In this document: piece by piece, positions 1 through 11,020 of the stretch
Numbering within the stretch: position 1 is the first letter of the stretch
Layout: each line of letters starts with the position of its first letter
Origin: Octopus sinensis
Taxonomy: Eukaryota
Reading direction: 5' to 3'
Assembly: GCF_006345805.1 (NCBI RefSeq)
Contig: NC_042998.1
Span: 36,518,001-36,582,000 of the forward strand
Length of the DNA: 64,000 nucleotides
The notes under the pieces: generated by a model
What the model was told of the DNA's origin: nothing
Databases searched by the model: none
What the model saw: only the letters and a program-made list of their open reading frames with translations
Made by a program: the position numbers and the translations under genes

Positions 1-904
1 ATTATATTTCATAGAATTTTAACATGTTTCCCATTAAAAATCCATTAAAATCTATTACACAAAAATGCGTTCGGTCTAAAGGACGTTGATTAATAAAAAG
101 CGAGATCTAATACTTTGACTATAATACAAGGATTTAGTCATATTGATTATCCAAATAATGTCAAGTCAATGAAAGCATGTTTTATCTGAGTCTTCATATA
201 ATGCACGCGCGCACACACACACACACACACGGACCCATGTATGTATATGAATGCATGTGTATATATCTATGCATGTGTGTGTATTTTTGTGTATATTTGT
301 GTGTGTGTGTTTGCGTGTGTGCGTGTGTGCATGAGTAACTCAAAACAATGCTATTTAAAAAAAAACAAACAACATTTTTCCAACTTCTAATAAAGTTTTG
401 GTCAGAAGATTGTTTTCAAAGAGAAGAAGAGGTAAGATTATCATAAACAAAACGTATAAAAGAAATTGAAATATATGAACGAACGTCTGCTCGTGTTCAA
501 GTCTGGAAGCGGAGTGCGACATTTTAAAAATAATGGAAAAAAAAAGACAATAACTACATCAAAAACTCAAGTAATTCTTGTTTATATCTTCTGATAAAAT
601 CGAATGTTTTCGTCACGGAGATAGGAGAAGCGAGCCGTTAATTTCACCAATGTCTGATTGGTGCTAAATTCATGAATGCTGCTGCTACGGCTGCTGCTGC
701 TTCTATTGGTTCTGTTATTTTTGAACTGTCTGACTCAGCTTCTGGCAAAAGCCGTCTCGATGTACGGCGCTTTACGCTGTTGTGTTTGTTCCACTTAAAC
801 TGTTGTCTTTGAAAATGACAGCTTCAGAAAAAAATACAGAAAATCAACTTTAATACTATTGTGTTATTAAACGCTTAATGTTGACTTACAAAATTATCTA
901 CATT

Positions 905-1072
905 CATACATGTGTGCGCATACACACAAACACACACATAAATATATACATATATATATATATGTATATATGTACGAATGTATGTACATATATATATATG
1001 TATATATGTACGAATGTATGTACATATATATATACATACATACATATATATATATGTATATATATTATACAT

Positions 1073-1103
<31 letters not shown>

Positions 1104-1141
1104 ACATATATATATGTATATATATATTATACATATATTAT

Positions 1142-1174
<33 letters not shown>

Positions 1175-1313
1175 ACATATATATATATGTATATATATAT
1201 TATACATATATATATACATACATACATATATATTATATATATATATATATAACATATATATATATGTATATATATTATACATATATTATATACATACATA
1301 CATACATACATAT

Positions 1314-1347
<34 letters not shown>

Positions 1348-1359
1348 ACATATATATAA
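905..1359. repeat. Compound (TA)n/(TACA)n microsatellite with ~70-95 bp higher-order period
   Basis: Unit aacatatatatatgtatatatattatacatatattatatacatacatacat recurs at ~1102, 1174, 1250 and 1347, and resumes after the LINE at 5429-5505. Confidence 0.9.
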
Positions 1360-1416
1360 AATCAGCAGCCACAACAACAACAACAACAGAATGAGCCACT
1401 CCTGGTTCCCAGCACA

Positions 1417-2316
1417 ATGGCTGACCCTAACATCGGTCAAGCACAACAACAACAACAACAGCCACAGCAACAAGAACAACAACAGCCACTCCTCAACTCT
1501 AGCTTACTAGATGATTCACTAAATGCCAGTATCTTTTCACCGCTCTCACAGCAACCACCACAATTATCATCATCATCATCACCACCGCTGCCACCATCGT
1601 CTTCTATCACCAAAAATACCAACAGAAAACCAAATAAGAAACCACTGCCCTCTTCCCCCACATCACCACCTCAATACTACTGCAGTAACAAAAACTTAAA
1701 GAAACATAGGAAGCAGAATGCGCCCCCCACGGCACAAACAAGAAATCCCCAAATATGCCGCTATTCACTGCGCCAGAGACTCTGTACAAATAGTGACTGC
1801 ATCTTCACGCATCTACCCGGCACTAGACGCACTACCGGCCAAGGCCAAAGCTCGCATCCCACAATTACATCAACACCACCAAATAGTAAATCGAAATTCA
1901 AAACACACACAACTCGGAGTCCCAAAATCTGCCGGTATTCCCAACGTGAGAGAACATGTCTACTGAGTGACTGTCCCTTCACTCATCTTCCAGGGACCCG
2001 ACGCACAAACAGAAACGGGGCTTCAAGCCAACACACAAACCTGAATAAAAATAAAAATAGAAACACACCATGCTGCAGTAATGCTGGTCCAGTCTTTTCA
2101 GGAAGACACAAAAACAACAACAACAAAAGTGGAAACTACAACCCTATCCAACAGTGCAACCACACCTCCAGCCAAAAACTGCTCCCTAAGCAGGAAAATT
2201 CTTTTTTAGCCATGTTGAACATGGCAAAAGAGATACACAAAAACATTCTAGCCATCACTCAACACCATCCTATGCTATTACCCCAGTGCACCAATTCCCC
2301 ACATTGCTGCCACTAA
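1417..2316 (+). CDS. LINE ORF1-like protein: Q/P/S-rich N-terminus, two CCCH zinc fingers
   Basis: CRYSLRQRLCTNSDCIFTH and CRYSQRERTCLLSDCPFTH (C-x8-C-x4-C-x3-H); the frame stays open upstream to the junction at 1360. Confidence 0.75.
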   Translation: MADPNIGQAQQQQQQPQQQEQQQPLLNSSLLDDSLNASIFSPLSQQPPQLSSSSSPPLPPSSSITKNTNRKPNKKPLPSSPTSPPQYYCSNKNLKKHRKQNAPPTAQTRNPQICRYSLRQRLCTNSDCIFTHLPGTRRTTGQGQSSHPTITSTPPNSKSKFKTHTTRSPKICRYSQRERTCLLSDCPFTHLPGTRRTNRNGASSQHTNLNKNKNRNTPCCSNAGPVFSGRHKNNNNKSGNYNPIQQCNHTSSQKLLPKQENSFLAMLNMAKEIHKNILAITQHHPMLLPQCTNSPHCCH

Positions 2317-5300
2317 CACACAGAAAAAATCCAAGCCCCCTGCAACAGTCAAAACCAGCCACTACACTAACCTCCACATTCCTACTCAATGCACAAGGTG
2401 TCAGCCCTTCCATCAATGCACAAAAATGGAAGGTCCAATTCATTGAAGACTGGGTTGGTAACCATTCACACCACATCCCTTTCTTCATTCTCACTGAGAC
2501 CCACCTTGACAACTCCCACTTGGAAGCCGAAGTGAGAGTGAAGAATTTCACAACCATCCGCGCGGATCGTATCGGCAGGAGGAAGGGTGGAACTGCCATT
2601 TTCCTGCATGATTCATTTACGGCAGATGGAAATAGTATATTCTCCAACGGCTACTGTGAATCAGTCACCGTGCACAACAAAGCCAATGACCTGACAGTAA
2701 TTGGGCTCTATAGGCCGCCCCAAACACCCATACTGTGCTTTAAAGAATGCCTCAACAGCATTAAGTGCTTTATTCAACAGTGCCATTCTAGCAACATACT
2801 CATGATGGGAGACTTCAATCTACCCTGTGTTGACTGGACTACAAACTGTTTGAAACCAAGCACTCCCGCCTCAACCGCTGACAAAGAAGCAGCAGAGTCA
2901 CTTTTCGACTTTACGAATGAGTTTTTCTTGTCCCAACTTGTCCTTGCACCAACAAGACATCAGAACATTTTGGACCTAGTGTTTAGTAACCACACTAACA
3001 CTATACATAACGTTACAGTGGAAAAAACCCTTCTTTCAGACCATGACATGGTTCTCTGTAACATGAAATTCCACCAGCCGAAAGCTAATCCTAGTGACCT
3101 TCCTCCAGCCCACCCATTTGACAACATGGATCTCCATAATGCCAACTGGGATGCAATCAGGAACGAGCTATCACATGTTGACTGGTCCTTTACACATACA
3201 CACATCTCCACCAACCATAAAACATCTTGGCAGATCTTTGTAGACACCGTCACAGACATATGTGCAAAACACTCCCCACCAAGACCTGTGAACAAAAAGT
3301 GCAGAATCCCCCAAAACAGAAAAACCATTATCAGAAAAATAAAAAGAACAAACAAAAAATTAACAAACTAAAGTACTGCCAACAGCAACACACACACTCG
3401 ACGGCTATCGCACTGCTTGAATCCAAAAAATATAACCTCCAACAATGCATGAAGACCCTCATCAATAACCAAAGATCAGCTGAGGAGAAGTGGGCCATTG
3501 AAAAAATCAAACTCAACCCCAAAGTGTTCTTTTCATTTGCGAGGAAACGCAGGGTCACTGTCTCCACTGTAGGCCCTCTAATTGACGAAACTGGCACTCT
3601 CCAAGATAATGCCAAATCCATGGCCGAGATACTGCAGAAACAATACTGCTCTGTTTTCAGCAATCCTGATATGGCCGATCTGGGCTGTATCAGTGATGTC
3701 AACCCCCAACACACTATATCGGACATAACGTTTAGTGCCCCTGATGTCTTAGCGGCGATAAACGAAATAAAACACAATTCAGCAGTAGGCCCCGATAGGT
3801 TCCCTGCTTGTGTCCTGAAGGTGTGTCGACACCAACTTGCATCTCCCCTTGCTAATCTGTGGAGAAACTCACTGGATGCTGGCTATATTCCAAAAAACCT
3901 TCTGTCCCAGTCTGTTGTCCCAGTTTTCAAAAAGGGAAACAAGTCCCTTGCAGTGAATTACCGTCCGATCTCACTCACCTCTCATATCATCAAGGTATTT
4001 GAGAGGGTGGTGAGATCTCGAATAACCCAAGATCTCGAATAACCCAATTTCTGGAAAGCAACAGACGGCTGATCTCCAACCAACATGGGTTCCGTAATGG
4101 AAGGGACTGCCTAACGCAGCTCCTGCATCACTTTGAGGACATTTTGAGAGCTTTGGGAGAGGGCTCCAACACCGATGTCATCTACCTTGATTTCAGTAAG
4201 GCCTTCGACAGGGTCGATCACAAGATCCTATTGAAAAATCTATCCAACATTGGTGTCTCTGGAAAGTTACTGAAATGGATCAAGTGTTTCCTGACAGACA
4301 GATCTCAACATGTTGTAGTTGAAGGGGTAAAATCAAGCCCAGCCAAAGTCAGTAGTGGCGTTCCGCAAGGCACTGTGCTGGGCCCACTTCTTTTCATCAT
4401 TTACATTAATGACATTAATGACATCATCAAGCACAGCAACATAAAAATCTTTGCAGATGACTCCAAGCTACAGAAGATCATAAATGAGGCGAGTGACCGG
4501 ACATGCCTTCAGTCAGATCTACTGGCTGTTATCCAATGGGCAGAAAAAAACAATATGCTGCTGAACGAGGATAAATTTGAGCTAATCCACTTTGGAAAAG
4601 AGGATGCCCTGAAACTCCCATACTCCCTTCCTTCAGGTGAAACTCTCGCGGCGTCCAACAACATCAGAGACTTGGGAGTAATTGTGGACAACAACATAAG
4701 CTGGGCCACTCATATAAACACCAAAGTTGACATGGCCCGCAGAATGTGTTCCTGGATTCTCAGAACTTTCCAGTCGAGAGATATCCACACCATTATCCTT
4801 CTCTTCTCCACTTTTGCCCGACCCCACCTTGAATACTGTTGTCCACTGTGGTCTCCCCACACAATACAAGGTATCATAAAAGTTGAAGCACCTCAAAGGG
4901 CAATCACAAAAAAGATAGATGGCATGACAGGCCTCGACTATTGGGGTCGACTAGAAAAGCTAAAACTTTATTCTCTCCAACGTCGTCGTGAGCGCTACAT
5001 CATCTGCATGATGTGGAAAATATTCCATCAGCATTGCCCAAATGATGTTGGCATCACCTTTAAGGTACATCCAAGGCTTGGGCCCCGTGCCATCCGCCCA
5101 AAACAAAAATCGCACTCTCATCTCATAACGACAATACGGCACAATTATTTCACCTCAATTGGCCCCGCTCTCTTTAACATTACACCAAAACACATTAAAA
5201 CAGAAACTGACCCTATAGGGTTCAAGAAGTCTTTGGACAGATTCCTTCAAGAAATCCCGGATAAACCCCCTACACCCGGATATGTCTCTGTAAACAATAA

Positions 5301-5337
5301 CTCTCTACTTGAGTGGGCCATAGTGCCCAAATTCTGA
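2190..5337 (+). pseudogene. LINE ORF2 (APE endonuclease + reverse transcriptase) with two frameshifts
   Basis: APE motifs LLNAQG, LTETHL, GLYRPP, GDFNLP, LSDH; RT motifs NYRPISLTS, YLDFSKAFD, GVPQGTVLGP, FADD, RDLGV; lesions are A6 at 3354-3359 (-1 nt) and a 17-bp duplication at 4013-4046. Confidence 0.95.
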
Positions 5338-5404
5338 CTTGAAAAACTTCACCAGGTGGTGCTATTAAGTTAGACATGGCCTGGGCCAATAATGACCGAA
5401 ACCT

Positions 5405-5428
5405 ATCAAAGTATCAAAGTATCAAAGT
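5405..5428 (+). repeat. CR1 3' terminal 8-mer repeat (ATCAAAGT)3
   Basis: Seen directly, ~70 nt after the ORF2 stop. Confidence 0.9.
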
Positions 5429-5507
5429 ATATATATATGTATATATTATACATATATATATACATACATACATACATACATATATATTATACATATATAT
5501 ATATTTA

Positions 5508-5660
5508 CATTGCTGGCAATCAGTCGGTTACGACGACTAGAGTACCAGTTGACCCAAGGGATGGAACAGCTTGCTCGTGAAAATAATATATAAGTGATCT
5601 AAGCACGCCAGAGCCATGCGTACCCTCAGGTTGACACAACGTGACTTAGAATGTGACAAG
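5508..5660 (-). mobile_element. SINE family C 3' tail fragment
   Basis: Homologous to 50585-50760 (cagtcggttacgacgac...ggaacagc). Confidence 0.6.
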
Positions 5661-5802
5661 GATGGCTGAGTAGTTAGGGTATCATAAGGTCGTGATTCTG
5701 ACTCTTGGCAGTACTTTTATCCTTGAGCAAGACATTCTATTTATAAAAAGAGTTAAGAGTCTATAAGATGAAACGTTTGGGTGTTACTAATCCAGTTAAT
5801 AA

Positions 5803-5891
5803 TCCTACGGCCGTTTCTGGGGGTTCCGGTTGTACAGTCATAAAAAAGATATTTGCATCCATTTTTTGGACACCACCTGCTTCATCAGGGA
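5803..5891 (-). ncRNA. Degenerate type-I hammerhead-like motif
   Basis: Minus strand TCC-CTGATGA-(64 nt)-GAA-ACGGCCGT-A-GGA; palindromic stem III, stem II poorly paired. Confidence 0.4.
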
Positions 5892-5917
5892 ATGCGTTTT
5901 TCTAAACGTTTTTATAT

Positions 5918-6298
5918 ACTCTTTTACTCTTTTACTTGTTTCAGTCATTTGACTGCGGCCATGCTGGAGCACCGCCTTTAGTAGAGCAAATCGACTCCGG
6001 GACTTATTCTTTGTAAGCCCAGTACTTATTCTATCGGTCTCTTTGGCCGAACCGCTAAGTGACGGGGACATAAAGACACCAGCATCGGTTGTCAAGCAAT
6101 GCTAGGGGGACAAACACAGACACACAAATACATATATAAATACATATATACGACAGGCTTCTTTCAGTTTCCGTCTACCAAATCCACTCACAAGGCATTG
6201 GTCGGCCCGGGGCTATAGCAGAAGACACTTGCCCAAGCTGCCACGCAGTGGGACTGAACTCGGAACCATGTGGTTGGTTAGCAAGCTACTTACCACAC
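5918..6298 (-). mobile_element. SINE family A (tRNA head, CORE-like body, CR1-like tail)
   Basis: B-box, CORE-like ttgggcaagtgtcttc, tail gactgaaacaagtaaaagagtaaaagag; many near-identical copies in the window. Confidence 0.9.
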
Positions 6299-6513
6299 GT
6301 ATATTTTTAAAGTAGTAATTAAGTAATCTATATATTTTTATATATCTATCTATTTTAATATGTTTGATGTATTGAATACATTCTTGCATGGAGAAATTCA
6401 TGCATGTTGGGTCCAGAACTGAATAAATATAACTGTATATGTGAATTTGATTTGCCTAAATTCGATTCATACTTCTACATTATATATATATACATACACA
6501 CATATATACATAC

Positions 6514-6583
<70 letters not shown>

Positions 6584-6675
6584 TTGTATATTTACAGACA
6601 AAGAATTCATATATATATATATATTACTGCGATAGTTTTTAATATATTTATGCAGGGTGCGGTGAATAAATTGTT

Positions 6676-6816
6676 CTAAATTCTTGTAGTAGTTTCATCT
6701 GTGGTAGTGTCAGCATTCAAAATGGGTTTGTATTTTGCGATAACAAATGTTTCTTTGCTAATGCACTGGTTATAGTTTGCATTGTCCCTGAATTTATGGA
6801 GGGGAAAAATTCTAAC
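6676..6816 (-). pseudogene. Penelope-like element GIY-YIG endonuclease C-terminal remnant
   Basis: Minus-strand translation VRIFPLHKFRDNANYNQCISKETFVIAKYKPILN resembles the PLE C-terminal FP..K...E..FI.KYKP.LN pattern. Confidence 0.6.
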
Positions 6817-6883
6817 GGTGAGTATCTACAGAACATTTCACTTAAATTTGTTCTCCAATTTAATTGTTTTTCTTATTTTACTC

Positions 6884-6921
6884 TTAGTTGAAAAGGTATA
6901 AAAGACGGAAACCGGTACTAA
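6884..6921 (+). ncRNA. Minimal hammerhead-like motif, U3-A8 variant
   Basis: TTAG-TTGAAAA-ggtataaaagacg-GAA-ACCGGT-A-CTAA; 4-bp stem I, palindromic stem III, imperfect stem II. Confidence 0.5.
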
Positions 6922-7020
6922 ATTTTATTTCATGATAAAATTATTTTGGCATTTTCTACTTTGTCTTATTCTTCTTATACATATCAACTCGTACGTCACT
7001 TTTCTACCTTCTACATACAC

Positions 7021-7071
<51 letters not shown>

Positions 7072-7099
7072 TTTTTTCCTTGTTTTTATCCCTCTGCAA

Positions 7100-7320
7100 A
7101 GGAATTTTATTTAATTCTTTCGCAGGAAGTACTAGTTCGACGAGATGTGTTCTGTCCTCCCCTTCGAAACCCACTGGAGTTGAACTAGGGACGGCTGATG
7201 AAGGGGATTTTTCCTTGTGTAGTTGTCTTGTTCTCTGTTTTTTCGTTGTTAAAGGAATGGTCCGTTCCATGCTGTTTTTACGTTTTCGTTTCTCGTTGAG
7301 TTCTACGTCTATTTGTGGTG
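7100..7320 (+). mobile_element. Penelope-like terminal-repeat remnant
   Basis: ccccttcgaaac...ctgatgaagggg motifs, pyrimidine-rich tail, between microsatellites, next to the GIY-YIG remnant. Confidence 0.4.
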
Positions 7321-7497
7321 TCCTGCACACACGTATATATATTTATATATGCATATATATACACATGTAGATGTAGGTACGTACATATATGTTTATATGT
7401 ATGCATATATTTTATTTATTACACTATTGTATGACTGAGCACCTTCGCGTCGATTCGATTCGTTTGGTTTGGTTTCGTTTCTTCTTCTCTAAGCTGT

Positions 7498-7546
<49 letters not shown>

Positions 7547-7566
7547 ATATATATATAAGAGTAATG

Positions 7567-7908
7567 GAATGAAGTAGATAAGAATCGGGCTACACATGTT
7601 TCATAGCGAGCGGAACCTCGGAAGTGGTAAATATCTAAGTGCGGTGAATACCGCAGGCTACACGTCAGACCAAGATTATCTTGACTAAATGCAAGTTTAC
7701 ATTAAAGCAAGGAGGTACTTGTTATCACACGGAAGAATCGATCATCATTCTGATCGATTCTTCCACGTGTTTACAGGTACCTCATTCAATCAAGAAATCC
7801 TTGGCCTGACGAGTAGTCTGCGGTGTACACCTCGTTTGATTATTTACCGCTTCCGAACTTCCGCTCGCGATGAAACATATGGAGCCCGGATCTTATCAAC
7901 TCGATTCG
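7567..7908. repeat. ~340-bp imperfect fold-back (palindromic) element
   Basis: Arms pair end to end; perfect 14-bp apex GGAAGAATCGATCA/TGATCGATTCTTCC with a 6-nt loop; 21-nt bulge in the left arm. Confidence 0.85.
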
Positions 7909-9064
7909 TTAATTCTTGTATTCTTATTCGCATACTCGGCAACCCTGGTCACCTACCGTGAAATATAAAAATAACTTTTTCAGTTTATTGTACTTCGATA
8001 CGAAGAAATGAGATGGTCTTGAAATGTTAATGGACTTAGAAATGCTAATGTTCCGAACTATAAATATCCAACCTTCCTTGTCAACAAACCACTATTGTCC
8101 CTGGAAGTTGCTTTTTATACTTACTGCGGATTGCTTGAAGCTAACTTTCTCCCTACGCCTCGATCCTTGGATATGTGTGTGTGTTTCTGAAACATGTGAA
8201 ATGGAAATTACATTTATTTTGGTTGCAATTACATTTATCTGTCTATAAAATGCATATACTCTCTCTTCTTTCCTTTCTAAGCCGTCTCTCTATGGCCGAG
8301 CGGATGTCTGAGTGTACGTACGGGTGAATGTATTTGTCTGAGAGGCTGCGTGTAGTTCTTTGTGTCATGTACGTTGGACAAAACTGTGTTTGAAATTAAT
8401 TTTTTAGTAATTACTTTTCATTTGTATTTTATTAGTAATTTATAGTTTGGAACATTAGCATTCCTAAGTCCATTAACATTTCAAGACCATCTCAGTTTCA
8501 TCTTCACAACAGCATGCTGAGAGCCGTTTTTCCATTAGCCAGTCACTTATTATGGAGATAATAAACGGATAAAATAATCTTTCTTCATTTTAAATTATCT
8601 AACTGTAAAATCCAGTTTATTTTGTACTTTATTTCACAGATGTTTCCCGGATGTTATCTGCTTCCCGGCTTTTGGCTTATATTAATTCTATGTGTAACAC
8701 CACAGTGACTAATGTAAATGATTTTGTAGAATCATATTTAGGACCTTAGGGCCTTCAACTAATATTTTAAAATCTTCTCTTTCCTGCTTCTGTGTTGTAA
8801 TAATACTACAATTGCAACATGGAACTAAAAATCTGACCCTCAAGATCTAGGCACTTTACAAGATTGAAGGATTTTACGGCTAAAAACTATAACTTTAGAA
8901 TTAACGCAAGACTACGTAGTATCGAAAATGTACTGAGAACTCGACTCGAACAAACTCTTTCTTCACTATCACAGTTTCCAAACAAAAGAACTGCCATAAA
9001 TATATTCATATATATATATATATATATTAGATATATATATATATTTTAGAAGGTTTGGAGATGA

Positions 9065-9230
9065 TGATATACAGGTATTTTATAGTAGAAGAAATAAGGT
9101 ACTCAGAAATCCGGATGGTTTTATATTTACAGATATTTATTAGTATGCTACATGTTTTTATACATCATATATCATATATATAGCGCTTTCGTTCATCCTA
9201 GTGGAGTCTTCAGTTTGAAGAAATAACAGT
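9065..9230 (-). mobile_element. Penelope-like terminal repeat with decayed hammerhead motif
   Basis: Minus strand CTGAAGA (9207-9213)...GAA-AGCGCT-A (9181-9190); stems I and II weak. Confidence 0.4.
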
Positions 9231-10432
9231 AGTTGGGTAGAAAGGCATTAATTTTGTGAAAGTTTTATTGAAAGTATAGAATATATATTGAAGGTGAAAT
9301 AATCAAACGATTTATGGTTAGAAATCAATACCATATAACACTGGTTTTATGTTTTCAGCAGAATATTTATGACGAACGTGTCTTTATATCTTTCTGGGCC
9401 GGAAATTTGCGCTTATGAAAGCGTTTATATAATGAGACGGTTAACACTGTATTTCAAGTCGAAAATCATTTGTGAACGAAATCAAATCTTATAAAACAGG
9501 TGAAATGGAGCTTACGTCTGAGTCATAGCATGTGTGTAATTATTCTAATTTGGATAAACTATTTTATTTTCGATAGCCTCTGCCTTCTACTCAAGTAGCT
9601 TTTGTCATTTTTTAAGAATATATTCACAAGAACACATCTTTGGGTTAGCAACAAATTTCAAAGACAGCGAGAGGTTTCTGGTATTCCAAGGTTGTGGAGT
9701 GTATTCGTTTGCCATTTACTCGAAATTCAGTACACATAATATCATTTGGCGTTCATACACTAATTGCTACTTAAACATATAAGTGTTATTATCCTTTCTT
9801 TGCTCTGTCTTATAAAGCTTCTCTTTATTATAAAGAGAAGCCAAGAGTCAAAATAACGTTTTATACAATTTGTCCTTGTTTTAATTATCAAATTCGAGAA
9901 AATAACACGCAGGTAAATAATTGGTACGGCGCTGAGCGAATAACTCATTGGTATAACCTACATTTCATTTCTGATTAGTACAATTTGAATTCACTTAAGT
10001 TGCAAATACACTGGGGAAAAATAAAAGTTCACGATTTCGATTTGAATTCCAGTATCTCTGATAATATCAGGGAATCGTGTGTATAAGAAAGAGAAACTCT
10101 TTTTTTTCGAATTATACATGGAAGATTGTAATTAAGACGAGAAATCGAAGAAGACTTACAAAACTAAAAGAAAAATTGTGACGGAATAATGAGAAAAATA
10201 AATGTAAATAGATTTTCGATAGTAGATCAATATGTCTGTATATTTAGTGAAAATGAACTTTCTCAAAGTTTTTGCAAATCAGAAAAGGAAAGTTTAACAT
10301 CAAAGTAAATCAAACGTGTCACGACGTACATTGAATGTAAATTTAGAAAGGTTTTATTTCCCTTTAACTACGAATCTCTCGATACGATTCTATGTTTAGC
10401 AGAGTTCGCCTAAAATACTTTGCATCAACACG

Positions 10433-10503
<71 letters not shown>

Positions 10504-10819
10504 ATATATTATAATTTGCGTTTGTTTTCTTAACTCATGAATTCTTGGTTTGTTGTCACGGTGTCTTTTCTGCTATATATTGGTTTTAATGTCAGCTTTT
10601 CCATAATAGATGCGTCGGTCACTCAGCATTTCCAACAGTATTCTTTCCATTCGGCTTCAGCTGATGATAGTACTGGGTTAGGAAGTGATTAACACTGAAA
10701 GCATTGTTCACAACACACACACACACACACACACACACGCACGGACGCACACACGCACGCGCACACACATGCACACATACATGCACGCACACACACAGAC
10801 GAAATCTATATACATACAT

Positions 10820-10974
10820 ATATACGACGAGCTTCTTCCAGTTTCTGTCTATCAAATTCTCAAGGCTTTTGTTGGCCCTAGGCTATAATACAAGACACTT
10901 ACCCAAGGTGCTATGCCGTGATACCGAACCCAGAATCATATGATTGGGAAACATACTTCTTACCACACACAGCC
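10820..10974 (-). mobile_element. SINE family A, diverged 5' half
   Basis: Homologous to the head/CORE half of 6150-6298. Confidence 0.7.
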
Positions 10975-11020
10975 TGTGTCTACGTTCATAAATTTCAGAC
11001 GAGATATTATAATTAAATAT

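Larger units (their letters stand above)
1360..5428 (+). mobile_element. CR1-clade non-LTR retrotransposon (LINE), young, probably 5'-truncated
   Basis: ORF1 plus ORF2 (APE endonuclease and RT), short 3' UTR, 8-bp tandem tail (ATCAAAGT)3 typical of CR1; flanked both sides by the same microsatellite. Confidence 0.95.

Noticed and set aside
875-1482. Many YI/HT/CV-repeat ORFs here and throughout the ORF track
   Set aside because: Translations of (TA)n, (CA)n, (TATC)n and trinucleotide microsatellites; no coding signature
7134-7215. Possible hammerhead (ctagttc/gaactag stem, GACGA...GAAAC, second CTGATGA)
   Set aside because: Core lacks two nucleotides and stem III is broken; kept only as a terminal-repeat remnant
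10641-10710. CTGATGA...GAAAGCATT
   Set aside because: No stem I complementarity and no valid cleavage triplet
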